Origin: Phoronis australis
Lineage: Eukaryota; Animalia; Phoronida
Direction of reading: 5' to 3'
DNA length: 64,000 nucleotides
NCBI GenBank assembly: GCA_002633005.1
Contig: NMRA01000470.1
Coordinates: forward strand, 62,001-126,000
Below are positions 40,295 through 52,544 of this stretch, piece by piece (positions within the stretch are counted from its first letter, which is position 1; each line of letters starts with the position of its first letter). The notes beneath the pieces are model-generated. The model did not search any database. It saw only the letters and a program-made list of their open reading frames with translations, and was not told the origin of the DNA. The position numbers and the translations under genes are program-made.

Positions 40295-40761
40295 TTGCCC
40301 AAGTCCAAGATCAATTATCGTCGTGATCGGTGTTTCATCAACAGTAATGAGAATGAAACTTTCAAACGATGGCGTTTTGGAAGCCTGTGCGATGGCAGCT
40401 GACGGTGTACATAGTTTGAAGTCTCTGCTAACTTGATCGTGTAAACTACGATCATGGATTCAACTACTATAAGTTGGTATATGCGTTGGGTGTGGACTTC
40501 GATGCCTGAATGATTGGCAGCCTTTGGTGGATGAGAGTGAATCCAGACCAAGGGAATGAGGTCGTGAACTTTCAGAAGCGCATTTGTTAGATTTCCCACA
40601 TTGCTTGTGCTAGTCACGGATGAGCTCAATGATTTTATATGATGTGTTGAATAGTTTACCAGACAGGATACTCTACACGTTTCGGTGTATCCAAGGGCAT
40701 TTCCATTTGCCACTTCTCTAACCACTTGGGTAAGGTCACTTGGAACCGAGTTTGTCCACAT
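40295..40761 (-). pseudogene. Intronless, frameshifted AMSH/STAMBP-type JAMM (MPN+) deubiquitinase domain
   Basis: The ORF reads VPSDL...VANGNALGYTETC..., then LIPLVWIHSHP..A..SGIEVHTQ..YQL...ESM..V..IK..ET. It continues after frameshifts as SCHRTGF and ILITVDETPITTIIDL. These match the AMSH motifs ETCG, GWIHTHP, SSVDLHTH..YQ, SCRQKGFH and the terminal VTITDLR. Confidence 0.8.
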
Positions 40762-43399
40762 TGAGCTGCTATTGTAGGCTGTTGAACAGAGTATATCAGC
40801 TGATGGGGTCAGTGAACGTGGCTACACGGTGATTTCATTTGTCTTCAGACGGCTCGGAATTCGAAAACTCAGCGTCTTGTCTCGATTTAAACCATGTACC
40901 AGACTTTCGAGTGAGAAACCAGTTTTGAGAGTCCTTAACCGTCCTTTTGCCCTCGTCGTGATACTCTCGTAGCATGTACGTTTAGGAAGGATCAGTTGTT
41001 CGAAGCGGTGCCATTGAAGGTCAAGAATTGGTTCGTTTGGGCTGGTAGTGGGTTTTCATTCTGGTTCAGGCTATTTGGACTGCTAAACACGTAGATGTTG
41101 CGCTGGATGCAAGATGTTGTGGCCATGGCACCAGTTGTACCTTTAATTGTGAAGACCCCATTAAGGGTACGAAACAACGTACTGGTGTTATTGCAATGTT
41201 CATATGTACCAATGTTGGATTTTAGCACAATCTTAAATTTACTGTTCATGACAGGAATGACATCAATTGCGAAGACCATGAATGCAGGAGATTTATTTTA
41301 CCAGGAACATCCACTTGCATGGTGGTGGCCCACTTCATTCATTGTCCTTGTTTGGCACAGGACCACTGATAGACAGTCCCCATGTTTTTGGTTAGTGGGG
41401 ATTACAGTGAACGCAGCGGCAGCGTTGTGTTGTGTGACATCGGTTCGTCAATGAGACGATTGTATTCCACAACTAAGTGTAGAACACTCAGTTACTCTAG
41501 TATCAGCAACTGCCAGTAGCAACGTGAAAAACGAAAGATTTGCATAACGTTACAAATGCGTGGGTTGTATGCACTAAACTTCATGATTCAAGTTCCTACG
41601 GGAAATAACAGTAAACGAATCTAGGAACTTTCACAACAACCGTAAGGACTTCTCTACTGTGTTTGCCATACAGTGTATATGTTGATGGTCAGCTGTCTCA
41701 AAACCATCATTCTATGAATGACTATTACACAATCTAGTTAAATACAGAGTTCATCAAAACGTGTGGATGCACAGAATTGGCCACATATTCAATTGAAAAC
41801 CAAAACAAGTTAAGAGGCAGTCCACATAAAAACCGGCAGATTTTCAAAAATCAGTCTATACGTCAAAATTCAAAACAACTGTATTTTTTGCACATGGATA
41901 GGTATCCTAACAAAAATTTTAAGTGCCACATTGTGTGCACTCAATGACCCCCAATGGCCGTTGGAACACTAGACCGCAGTTGGTCATATTACCCGTCTCC
42001 AATATTGTAGGTTTTCAGCAACAAAAATAAATAACGTACAAAATAGATTAAAAGTTGTACTTTGATGGCTGGAATAACCAATCTATATTCTAAGTAATTA
42101 TTTGGAATTACTCTTATTTGACGGCTTTGTGCTAGACAGGGGAGATAATCAACAGACCACTTTCCCTAGCTAACTTTAGTGACCGTTTTGTGACTCTCTT
42201 ACTACCATTTTTTACCTTGTAGCCTTATGTAACTTTTTGAACATACAGCTAAAGAGTAAGCCTTGATGACTGACTAAAAATATCTTGCCTTAGCTTTACA
42301 TTTAGTGAAAATTTTCTTGCAAAATTGTCGATTTTGGAAATGATGAGCATAGTTTACAGACAAATTGAACGAAATTTTGAACAAGGAATTTGTTTTAAAT
42401 TGTTATAAAAGTCATGTCTAAATTCTGTCAGATGAAAAGTTGTTTTCTGAATGCATTACGCGATCAGTATCAATACTGAACCCTATGACCTTTTTCCAGT
42501 GTGTCAGATGACGGTTTGAAGATGTATAAAAACTTGTACACGTAACCCTCTTGTGTTTTCTTTCATTATCATTCATTTGAGAATTGCAGGCCAATTTAAT
42601 GGAAACAAACCCCTTTGAAGTGTGAATTTGTAAGAATTGTTATTTGTGAAGGCTAGTTTTGAGGCTGACAAAATGAAGAACGAAGCTAAGTCATTTCTGT
42701 TCGTTTAGACAGTTTTCATCAAACAAATGCGATCACAAAAGCTTTGTGGCGTTAGTCAGTCATGCTAAAGACACTTCAGAACATCTGAGATGCTGTAAAG
42801 TATTACATGAATCAATGCCAGAGGCAGAGTATGGGCTTGTACTATCCAGTATAGGTAAATTTGTGACTGAGCAGGACCAGTGGTAGAGTCAAATCATATG
42901 CGATGTTCACCGAAGATAATTTGGTCCCGGTTTTCACCCAAGCAGAAAGTGTCTGTACCCTGAACACCCAAGACCGTCCAGAAGAAAATCTGAACGAGGT
43001 ATTGACTTCAACATTTCGCGGTGGATATTGGCTGTATGGACAGGCTCAGAATTGATACCATCCGGGACCTTCGACTTCAAGATCCATAAGATCAAGTGTC
43101 AAAGTTGGAGTTAATTGGCGGTCAACTTTGGCTTTCAGAAAATTTAAAATTTAGAAAATCAGAAAATTCAATGACAAAGAAAATCTCGTTCTTTATAAAG
43201 AAGTTTCCAAAACTTTTTTAAAAAATCAAGGAAACAGAAAAATTATTCCGTATCAGTTTGAGTAGTAAGGTGGTTAAATACAGTTAAATACAGAAATAAC
43301 TCAAAGGAGTTTTGGAGTTTAATTAAAACTTCTAGTAGTAGGAACACCAGGCACAACTAAATCAGACCAGATCAATCAACCCTTTTACTCACGCCTTAA

Positions 43400-46300
43400 A
43401 ACGCCATTGTTATGGAGGATGAAAGAGAGGCAGCCTTGCATGTGAATTGTACTGAATGTCTGAACAATAGTCCCGCTTCATTGAAGGACTCTGGCATTTA
43501 CTGTGCAGAAGTTCTCGGAATGATAGAACAGTTACCGAATGGTAAGGCTGCACGTATCGATGGGCTTACTTTCGAGTTGTTTAAACAGGCTAGAATGCGC
43601 TCTTGACTGAACTGTTTAATAAGATTTTGACTACTGGCGAATACCACCACATTTGGTGCGATGCTATAATATGTCCATTGTATGTACAAGGTTTAATTAA
43701 TGGTGTAGGTAACTGTCGCGGTATTGTGTTTTTGCCTGCGACCGGAAAACTATTTACTAAAATCTTAAATAATCGCCTTTATTACCCATTGGGCAAATGA
43801 TTACGAATTGCTTCACAAGTCTCAAGTTCGATTTAGGAACGGATACGGCATTGTTGTCCATATCTTTACTCTAAATGGCATGATTCAAAAGTAGGGGTCG
43901 ATTGTATGCCCTTTTTGTTGATTTTTCTCGCGCATTTGATACTATTCCACATAAACTTCTCTGGTACAGGTTACAAAAATTGGTCTACACGGCTGTGTTC
44001 TGAGAATTCTGAAAAAATGTACTGTAAGTTGACAGCTTGTGTTAGAACAGATGAGGGCTTAACTTGACTATTTGATAACGCCATCGGAACGCGTCAAGGA
44101 TGTATGTTGAGCACATTTCTTTCTGTCATGTACATGTACCTTGATGAGTTTGTTGATTATCTCACTAACGAAAATGTTGGTGGAATATTTATTAGTCGAG
44201 CTGCTCCTGAGGTAAATGTCTTAATGTATGCAGATGATATGGTTGGCTGTGATGAGACAGCCATTAAACTTCAGCGCCATATAAACGTTTTACATAAATA
44301 TTGTCTAGATTAGGGAATGAATGTAAATTTGTCAAAGACGAAAGTTGTCGTTTTTAGACGTTACACGAGGTGGAGCTCTTCGTAACTATGAAAAGTGGTA
44401 CCTTGGCGGTGAAGAAATTATAGTGTCATAATTTTACAAATATCTTGGTGTATGTTTTACTTGGAAGCTTGCTTTGTCAAAAGTCACCGAGATGTTGTTC
44501 TCTCAAGCTGATAAAGCATTAGTAATGATTAAAAAGTTCCAACGCAAATGCGACAACCTTGCGCCACCGGTTGTTTTTGACGTTTTTTGATAAAATGGTT
44601 TTCCCAATCCTCAGTTATGGTGCTGAAGTATGGGGTTTTAAAGAGCATCGTTGTATTGAGAATGTCCATGTTAAATTCTGTAAAAGCCTATTAGGTGTCG
44701 ATAGAAGTTGTAGCAATAATGCCGTATTAGGAGATATCCACTTTTTATTAAGCTATTTTTAAAGTTGATGAAATATTGGCTAAAGTTAGTGAAACTACTG
44801 GCTTCACGCAACCCCAAAATAGTCTACATTGTGCTTGCAAGATTAGATGAGTCCGGAAGATCAACATGGGCCACTTTTGTTAGGATGTTGTTAAATAGAT
44901 ATGGTCTCATTTGATATTAGCTAGCTATACATGCTAGTAAAATGCATCCAAAAATGTCTACTTCGGCGTCCAATTTTGTTGCTAAACGGAGGTATATGCC
45001 ATAAAAAGAGAAATAATGGATGGAAATTCTTAAAAAGCGAAATTTTTCTACATCTCACCAAACCAAATTCGTGCTCCGGCTAAAAATCTGTGATTTTGGA
45101 TATAAACTCTATCTGTTGGTTTTTATAAGGAGTCAATATTAATATATAAACATCAGTCCTATGCTAGTAAATTGATTGCATCAATAAAACTATCAAAACC
45201 AACTCGTGAAGTAAAATATATCATGAATATTCCATGGATTACACGACATCTTTCGACAGGATAGACATATAGCTATCTTTGGTGTTCACTTGAATTCCTA
45301 TTCCTTAAACCATTCACACCATGTTCATAGATGCTTGAATTCGGTTACCAACAATTTTGGTGTGTTATTTTAGGTATTTCTTCTTCAGCTTGTGCACTTG
45401 TAATCAAGGAATAAACGCAAAAAAAAATTGTGTGACGTCATCAGTGGTACTCAGGTCTCCGCCACTGTTTTGTTTTACACCGGCCGTGAGCCGAATATTG
45501 CTTGAGACGAGTAATATGAAAAGGTTCGTGTGCAGAGGATGCAGTATTAGCAATAGAACATACAACATTTCAGTTTTCTGTTTCCAAAAGATCCTAAGAT
45601 CGCCCACTGGCATGGCAGTGCACGGTGGAAAAAGTCATCAGTACAGGAACCACGCTGTTCTCAACCCATTTTGAAGAATCTTGCTTCGACCCTTTGCAGA
45701 GACGAAGATTTAATGAAAATTTCTCCAACTTGTGAGTGCAGTTGATCAGTGTCGATGGAAAAAAGATGCATTTCATTCTACCATAGCTGGAAACGTGATT
45801 GTCAAATATTGAGTATCAGCCTCAACATCAAGATGTGACTGAGATAATGAATGTGATTGTAGTAAGAAAATTTTCGCCAGTCTATTATTGTTCAAGATTG
45901 TATGGGAATGCACGATATCCAAATATCCGGCAATGCCCAATAGTAGACTTTGGAATGTATATGCCACACAAATACCTTAAGGTCACGACCGCAGCCAGCA
46001 CAGTGGCAGTAGTCGCAAAGAAAATCTTTGGTAGTCGGGCACTCTACCGAAGTAAACGACGAATAAAAACGGTACTAAGCCTTCATAAATTTGGAACAGA
46101 CAAGACAGAACCGCGTATCATTTACCAGAAATAAAACCCAGTTAGCATCATAATAATTTAGATGTTACTGTTCCTGACAAACGCACTAGGCATTCGAAAA
46201 AATGAAATCCAGTGGCCGCTATTCGTGACTGGGCTTTGACACTCAGGGTAAAAACTTTGGTTACAGATTTACAGTTCGAGACTTATACATACTACATATA

Positions 46301-46990
46301 TTATTAGAAAATTAAATCGTGATTCAGTGAAAGGCTATAATTATCACTCAGAAATAGAAGTTCTGGGATCAGACCTGTCCGCAGACTTGGTAGGCTCAAC
46401 CGGACTCTGCTTCACTCGCCGAAGACGCAGATGCGAGGTGGTCGGGTATACGTACGGCCTCAAACATACAAAGTCTGCTGATATGGCGTGGTCTCAAGAC
46501 AGTCTAGACTTCCTATATATATTACAGAACTTTTAAGTTAAATATATGTTTTGAAAACTATTTAGATGTAATTGACAATGCAAATGTTAGATCTGATATG
46601 GTAAGATTGAGATGTTCAGCGTATGCACTAATGATTGAAAAGGGTAGACACTTGAAACTTAGCAGAACAGAAAGGTTATGTCCTCTCTGTGTTAGGACAT
46701 ATGTAGAGTCAGAATATCATTTTGTTATCGAATGCCTATTCTACGATGACCTTAGCAAACGATATTTGCCTGCATGGAGCTACAACATCCCAATGTTACA
46801 AAATTCAACAGACTCATGACTATGGAGGAAAAAGTTCTTATATGGTCAACATGTAAATAATGTTCATTTCGCATTCAAGCGAAGAAGAGTTCAGTTTACT
46901 TCTAGTGTTTGACACTCATACCTTTAATGCATTTGATGATTTGATTGTAACAAGGGCCGGAGGCCTAGTTATTGAATAAATATATATATA
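43400..46990 (+). mobile_element. 5'-truncated, degenerate non-LTR retrotransposon (RTE-X-like), interrupted at about 44910-46510
   Basis: RT motifs LPNGKAARIDG, NCRGI..L....KLFTKILNNRL, FVDFSRAFDTI.H, G.RQGC.LS, YADD (44227), PILSYGAEVWG and KFCK.LLGV. After the insert it resumes with RLRCSAY.L.IEKGR..RLCPLC..ESEYHF..EC and ends in aataaa followed by (ta)n. Many stops and frameshifts. Confidence 0.9.
44910..46510 (+). mobile_element. Insert within the LINE carrying a frameshifted THAP domain
   Basis: 45516-45720 reads across frames as MKRFVCRGCSISNRTYNISVF/FPKDPKIAHW/..AV../LFSTHFEESCF, matching the THAP pattern C....C.......FP.D......W.......CS.HF....F. The termini are not resolved. Confidence 0.6.
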
Positions 46991-48539
46991 TTGCTTTTGC
47001 TGACACTGGCCCATTTCTTCACGTGCAAATTGCCATAAACGGGTGCGGAACACGCCGGAAGAATTAACAGTAACTTACAGGGGCACGCATTCTGAGAATC
47101 AGCTTTCTGCACTGAACAACAGGCAACAGAATGGCTCTGAAAATCAGTGACCCTAATTGATTCTATTTCCGGGAAATGGGCAGGTGCTGCCCCCCTCTTT
47201 ATGGAAACACATCTCTCAAATTTTATGAGGTACTCTGGTTTTGCAGAGGCAGACGCAAAAAGGTAAAATTACAACATGAGTCAGAGCAGTCCAAATATCA
47301 ATGTATTATAATCACCTATCTCGGAAACACACCTACCAAATTCAGTTCAAACTTTTAAAGAACATGTTAGATATTGAATGAAGCGTAAATATAAAACTGT
47401 AGCACTGGCAATCATTCAAAATGTTTGACAGACATACAAGAAGACGCAAAAGAGTGTTAGAATAATAAAATTGCCACCTAGGGACACAAAACGTGAAAGT
47501 GCCGTCGGGAAAGTGCCGGATGTCACTGCTTTCAAGTTTCCTAACAATCCACAGAGAGACTCGGTAGAAATAAAATGCCACTAAGTGACACAGCAGCGGC
47601 CAAAATTGTTAAAAATGTCATCCTCATCCGTCGTTAAGTACAAATTTCACGACGCAGTTGAGGGGATACAGCTGCAAACGCCGAAAGGACGCAAGAAATG
47701 CGAAGGATGCAAGACCTACAAACAGCCAGGCGCCGGACAGAGACAACGTCACGCACGTATACATACGTGGGCGTATAACTCATAACACCAGTGGATGCAA
47801 AACATCATTCGCGTCCACTCATGACCAGTTAATATTGTCTACATGGATGCTATGTTGCGTAACGCTGAAAAAAGTTCGGGAAAGTTCCACGAAAATAATC
47901 ACTGATACGACATAATGAGGAAATATAATAACACAAAAATTCGTGAATTTGTAATATGACAATTTTATTGAAAAAGCATGCACAAAAACTCGGAATAATA
48001 TCAGGTGAAATTAATTACGATTTCACTTTAACAAAATAGATGAAAACTAAGTTCAGTATCAAATTCACAAACTTATAAAATCTACACAATACTAATTCAT
48101 AGTTTGACATAAAATTAACACTTAACACTTTTTGTCCCATTAACAGATTTCCTATCGAGCTCTCTAAAACAAAATGTTTATCTTTTAGAGTGGAACAAAA
48201 TGAATTTGCCACGTGAAACCTAGGTAACAATAAACAACATGCTATTTCCCCTGGTTCAATTAATCAAAGTCGGATAACACTTCAATTTCAGAAAAGAGCG
48301 CATAAAACCAGTTATAAGGGAAAAACAAGCTTTCCATGCTCTACGTCAACCCAGTAAAAAGCAATACAAAACATTTGAACGACAACAGCCTGCAGGGGCG
48401 GATATAGGATTTTGAGTTGGGAGGGGGGCAGGTCAGAATATTAGCCAGGATTTCCCCCGGTAGACATTAGCATTCCCGAACTGCCAAATGAAATGTGGAA
48501 GAATTTTAGGAGGCCATGGCCCCCTTGCCCCCCCCCCCC

Positions 48540-48562
48540 ACACACACACACACACACACACA
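48540..48562. repeat. (CA)n microsatellite after a poly-C run
   Basis: Directly visible. Confidence 0.9.
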
Positions 48563-48634
48563 AAAACTTGCTTGCTAGTGTAATCCGTCGTCGCCAGGAG
48601 CGTGAGAGACAACCATTACGTTGTTTGTTCGCAC

Positions 48635-48680
48635 TTACACCACCGTAGTAGTTTGTCTAACTTTTGCTTTTTCATATAAG
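48635..48680 (+). promoter_or_regulatory. Putative type-3 Pol III promoter of U6 (PSE-like element and TATA box)
   Basis: caccgtagtag lies at about -60 and catataag at about -28 to -21 relative to the +1 G at 48701. Confidence 0.6.
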
Positions 48681-48700
48681 AAAACTAAGAAAGAGGAAGC

Positions 48701-48807
48701 GTACAGTTGTACGCTGTACACATGCTATAATGGGAACGATACAGAGAAGGTTAGCATGGCCCCTGTAGCAAGGATGACACGCAAAATCGTGAAGCGTTCC
48801 AATTTTT
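48701..48807 (+). ncRNA. U6: U6 spliceosomal snRNA (sequence variant)
   Basis: ggaacgatACAGAGAaggttAGCatggcccctgtagcaaggatgacacgcaaaatcgtgaagcgttccaattttt, with a 5' hairpin gtacag-ttgtacg-ctgtac and an oligo-T terminator. Confidence 0.95.
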
Positions 48808-48945
48808 ATGTTTAACAGCCTTTTATGGTAATGTGGGTTCCAACATTGTCGATATGATGTAATCGAATTAGCAAGTGTGTTGCCACATTCTACATGTAAC
48901 AAATGAATACGGATTCAACGCTGCAACAGATGCGCATGTTATCTG

Positions 48946-49098
48946 GCGTGCGTTCAGTAGACGCTAGGACCTACGCTAGGACCCAGCTAACACGTAGTCA
49001 AAGTCACGTGCTCTTATTTAAAATGCACGGTAATATCTCACGTAATCTCGCGAAGTCTTGCTTTTTAGCGAGGTCCTAGCGTTACTGAACGGGAGGCT
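48946..49098. mobile_element. Short MITE
   Basis: Inverted ends cgttcagtagacgctaggacct ... aggtcctagcgttactgaacg. Confidence 0.7.
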
Positions 49099-49149
49099 GG
49101 TTATCTAGTGCGTCCAGAGTGGACGTCATTAACATGTTGGTCACACCCT

Positions 49150-49634
49150 GCTCAGTCCTCCACCTCAGAATCTCACGCAGAAGACCCATGACTAATTGTT
49201 ACAGTAAGGTGCTGATTATGGATTTTCCGCCACATTCCACTTATTGTAGACTTTGATGCGGTTCCCTTGTCTACATCGAACTGGCTGTCGCAATCTTTAA
49301 TTCAACTGTTTCCCCAGTTCCCTCCTCCCTCTTCTCATCCACAACAGTAAGCACCTCTGCCTCACCCATCTCCAATGGTCCACCCATATTGCCCAATCCC
49401 GCAATTTTGTCAGCCCTTTCATTACCGACAACTCCTGCATGACCCGGTGAACTAAATCCAGACAAGGGAATCCAGGTGGCTCCGCCGAATGAGCTGTATC
49501 CACTGGGTTGTAGGAGGCCCTGCTGTATTTTGCGCAACTTGCTTTGTGAGAGTGTCACCACGGCCGCCTCTGTGAATTGTTGCGAGACATAGCCAACTTA
49601 GTGCAGCACTGGGGGCATCTTCTTCCAAGTGCAC
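49150..49634 (-). mobile_element. RNase H fragment of an I/Ingi/Nimb-group LINE
   Basis: LVWI/.SPGHAGVVGNERADKIA, read across a frameshift, matches the retroelement RNase HI motif W.PGH.G..GNE.AD.LA. Confidence 0.75.
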
Positions 49635-51660
49635 GTACGATTGTAAAATAATACAGCCCGTGCAGGCAAGCTTTTATGTCAGGCTAGCTATGGAATCGAA
49701 CAACTTGGGAGCATCGGGAAAACGCCGTAATAAACTGCAGGGACACATCTGGGGCACGCGTCGACACGGCTGCGGCGACCAACCGGTTTTAAATTTGAGA
49801 AGACAGAATGGGACACTCTGACCGCTTAAAGACTGGCAGGGACAGTGAGGGTGGGCTACTGATTACATTTAGTTTCGACCCTGTCCTGCGCGTGGTTCCT
49901 TGGGTGAAGTTGAGGCGCAGGGGCCCTTAGCTTTTCAGTCGTGCTGCTTTGCCGGATCTTGACATGGATTTGATGAATGAATCGCGGTTGATCCCACTTC
50001 ATATTCTTTTACTAAATGCAAGTACGTACTCATTTTTCCGTATTCGTTAAGACATGCTGGCAATTTCGCATGTGCATGCATGAAATCTAACGAACAAAGT
50101 GTCTTTAGTACCTGGGTGTTGTTTTCGGTATAGGTACACCACTCAGTGCCGAGTCCGAAATTTTAGATATTCGGAGCAGTGAACACATTACAGCGTCCTG
50201 TCGTTCAGTAATTTTTTGTCCAGACGTGAGGGGTGCTGAACGTGCGATAAGATATCTGGCTTAACTTTCATTTTTATCAGCCCACCCCAGTCAGGCTAGA
50301 TACGATCTGATCGGAGATTAGAGCAATTATCAAACAAAAGAGCGCAGGCCCTCCAACTATCAACGCCAGAATGAAGTTAATTAGCTACGGGGGGTAAATT
50401 TCCAACTTGTTGTTGGGCTATACAATTAATCGAACAAGTTGGAAGCAACGGGATGCCGCCGTCATGATTCGAAATTGAGGGGTGTTCCTATTTCCGGAGG
50501 TGTAAGCAAATTAGTAACTGAACAACTCGGTATAAAAAATTTCGTTGAGTCATTCTCCGACTAAACTTCATATTTCCATCCGATATATGTAATGAGGTGT
50601 ACCGGTAATCGCTCATTTAATCATGTTCGATTTGAAATTTTGGCAGGAAGTAACGCGAGAACGTTCTCTTTATGGACAATATAATATCCGAATTTGAGTC
50701 CCGTTCTTTGTGAGCAACCGTCATAGCATCCTCATTTCTGGTATTACAAATTCCGTCTCGTCTCAAGAACATGAGTCTTGACTGTGAGTCATCGTTGTGT
50801 ATACAGATTTCCCTTCCCCTACATTAAGCCAAATATTATTTAGCATCTTTGATTAAGCTGCGTCAAGGGCTTTATCGAAAACTACAGTGTCGACGTTTGC
50901 AAAATACCAAAGGTTCACCGTTCTAGAAATTGAATTTAATTCGAACCACCCCTGCTCAATGTTGGCTACGGGCCTGTAGTTACCGAGGAATCGGTACCCG
51001 AGTTGTAGACGACACAATAGTTAGCAAATCAAACTGAGAGACAGAAGTGTTATATAACTAACAGTTTGTACCAGATGTTAGTTTGGGACCTGGTTGCATA
51101 TTGAGTGTTATTCATACTTCTGCAACTTTAAAATCTTTTGGAAATGATTGAGTCGGGTGACGAAGTAAACTTTTGAACTTTCCATGTCAGAGGCCACTGT
51201 AAGTTAAAGTAGTGCCGCGAGTGCAATACGGAAAACAATGCCCCATGGCCGTGCTGCCCACAACTTAATCAACGAGTATTGGATATTGTATCGCCTGCAT
51301 CTCCTCGATGAATGTTTAATATTGCTGTTATTTAATCATTTTCAGAACTGAAACGGTTACAAATTCAATGCACCGTTACCGTTGTTTTCATCTTTATCTC
51401 TATCTCGCCTTCATCTATATTTTCAAGTTAGAAATCGTTACATACTGTTTTCGAATAACTAGAGTAAGCTTGTGACCAAACGCGCAAGTATACATACAGT
51501 ATAGATTGTGAACCGTCTGAGGGAAGGATTTTAAAATTCTGCCAAAAGAATAAAAGAAACTGAGAGTTCGAAGCCTATCGACAGACAACGAAGGTCTAGG
51601 TTGATACGTGGAATAATGTCTGGTAGGATATTACTGCAATAAGTAGGGGCGGGTGGCTAT

Positions 51661-51738
51661 AGCCCCCCTCCCCCCCAGCCCCCTAAGAAGCGCACCNCCC
51701 CCGTCCCCCCAGCCCCTAAGAAGCGCACCGCCCATGCC
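51661..51738. repeat. Short tandem duplication (cccccagcccctaagaagcgcacc x2) in a MITE-end fragment
   Basis: Two copies are visible, and the region resembles the mini-element at 10865-10933. Confidence 0.7.
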
Positions 51739-52544
51739 CATGAGAAAAAGATCACCTTGAAATTCAGTTCCAAAAAAAAAATTACGTTAAGAAGTACAGT
51801 AACCAATACGACGCGCGAATTAATGAACATAAGTTCAAAGGTTAGGGAATTCAAGACAGCTCAGAACACCTTTACCTGTCTTGAAGACAACGCAATTGAT
51901 GTAACATGAAAAATGTAATACACGAGATTGCAGAAAATAAAGGACACAACGGGGGTCCTAAGGCAGAAAACTAAGATCTTCAGACCTAAATTGCAAGTGA
52001 ATTTACTAAAGCAACTAGCACATGGAGTAATGCAGTACACTGTAATTTCATGTCATTAACTTGGAGAAGTCATGCAAATAAAGAGTAACAGCCAATTTGA
52101 CAAAAACTGTGTTAGGTTATTTCACTGTACATAACCTAAAATATGACTATAATATCCAAAATAAGTGTCTGTTACCAACTGAAAACCCAAAGTCAATAAT
52201 ATGCACTGAATTTCTTCTACTATGCCATACATAGTGGCAATGAAAATTTGTAGCTGGTAACAATGGTAACAATAAATGTTTTACAAAATATAAAATGACA
52301 CAGAAATGAAGTTGCTATGAAACCACACATCAGATTTCACTGGTAATCATCACAACACAACTCTCACACACAGAGTAGTTAATAAAACCTAATAACTAAA
52401 ACTGGTAATAGTCCAGAGAACCAGTAACTACCACTCAATAATGTCTGTGATTCAGTGGTAGTAACCGGTTCTCAAATCAATTTCAAATCAGGGACCCACC
52501 CATTCGACTATTACCCTAAAACTAAACTACTACTGCTGAGATTA

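Noticed and set aside
49860-49940. Hammerhead- or HDV-like ribozyme near the LINE fragment (minus strand cctgcgc..gcgcagg..cgaaac)
   Set aside because: There is no intact CUGANGA core and no convincing stems I and III.
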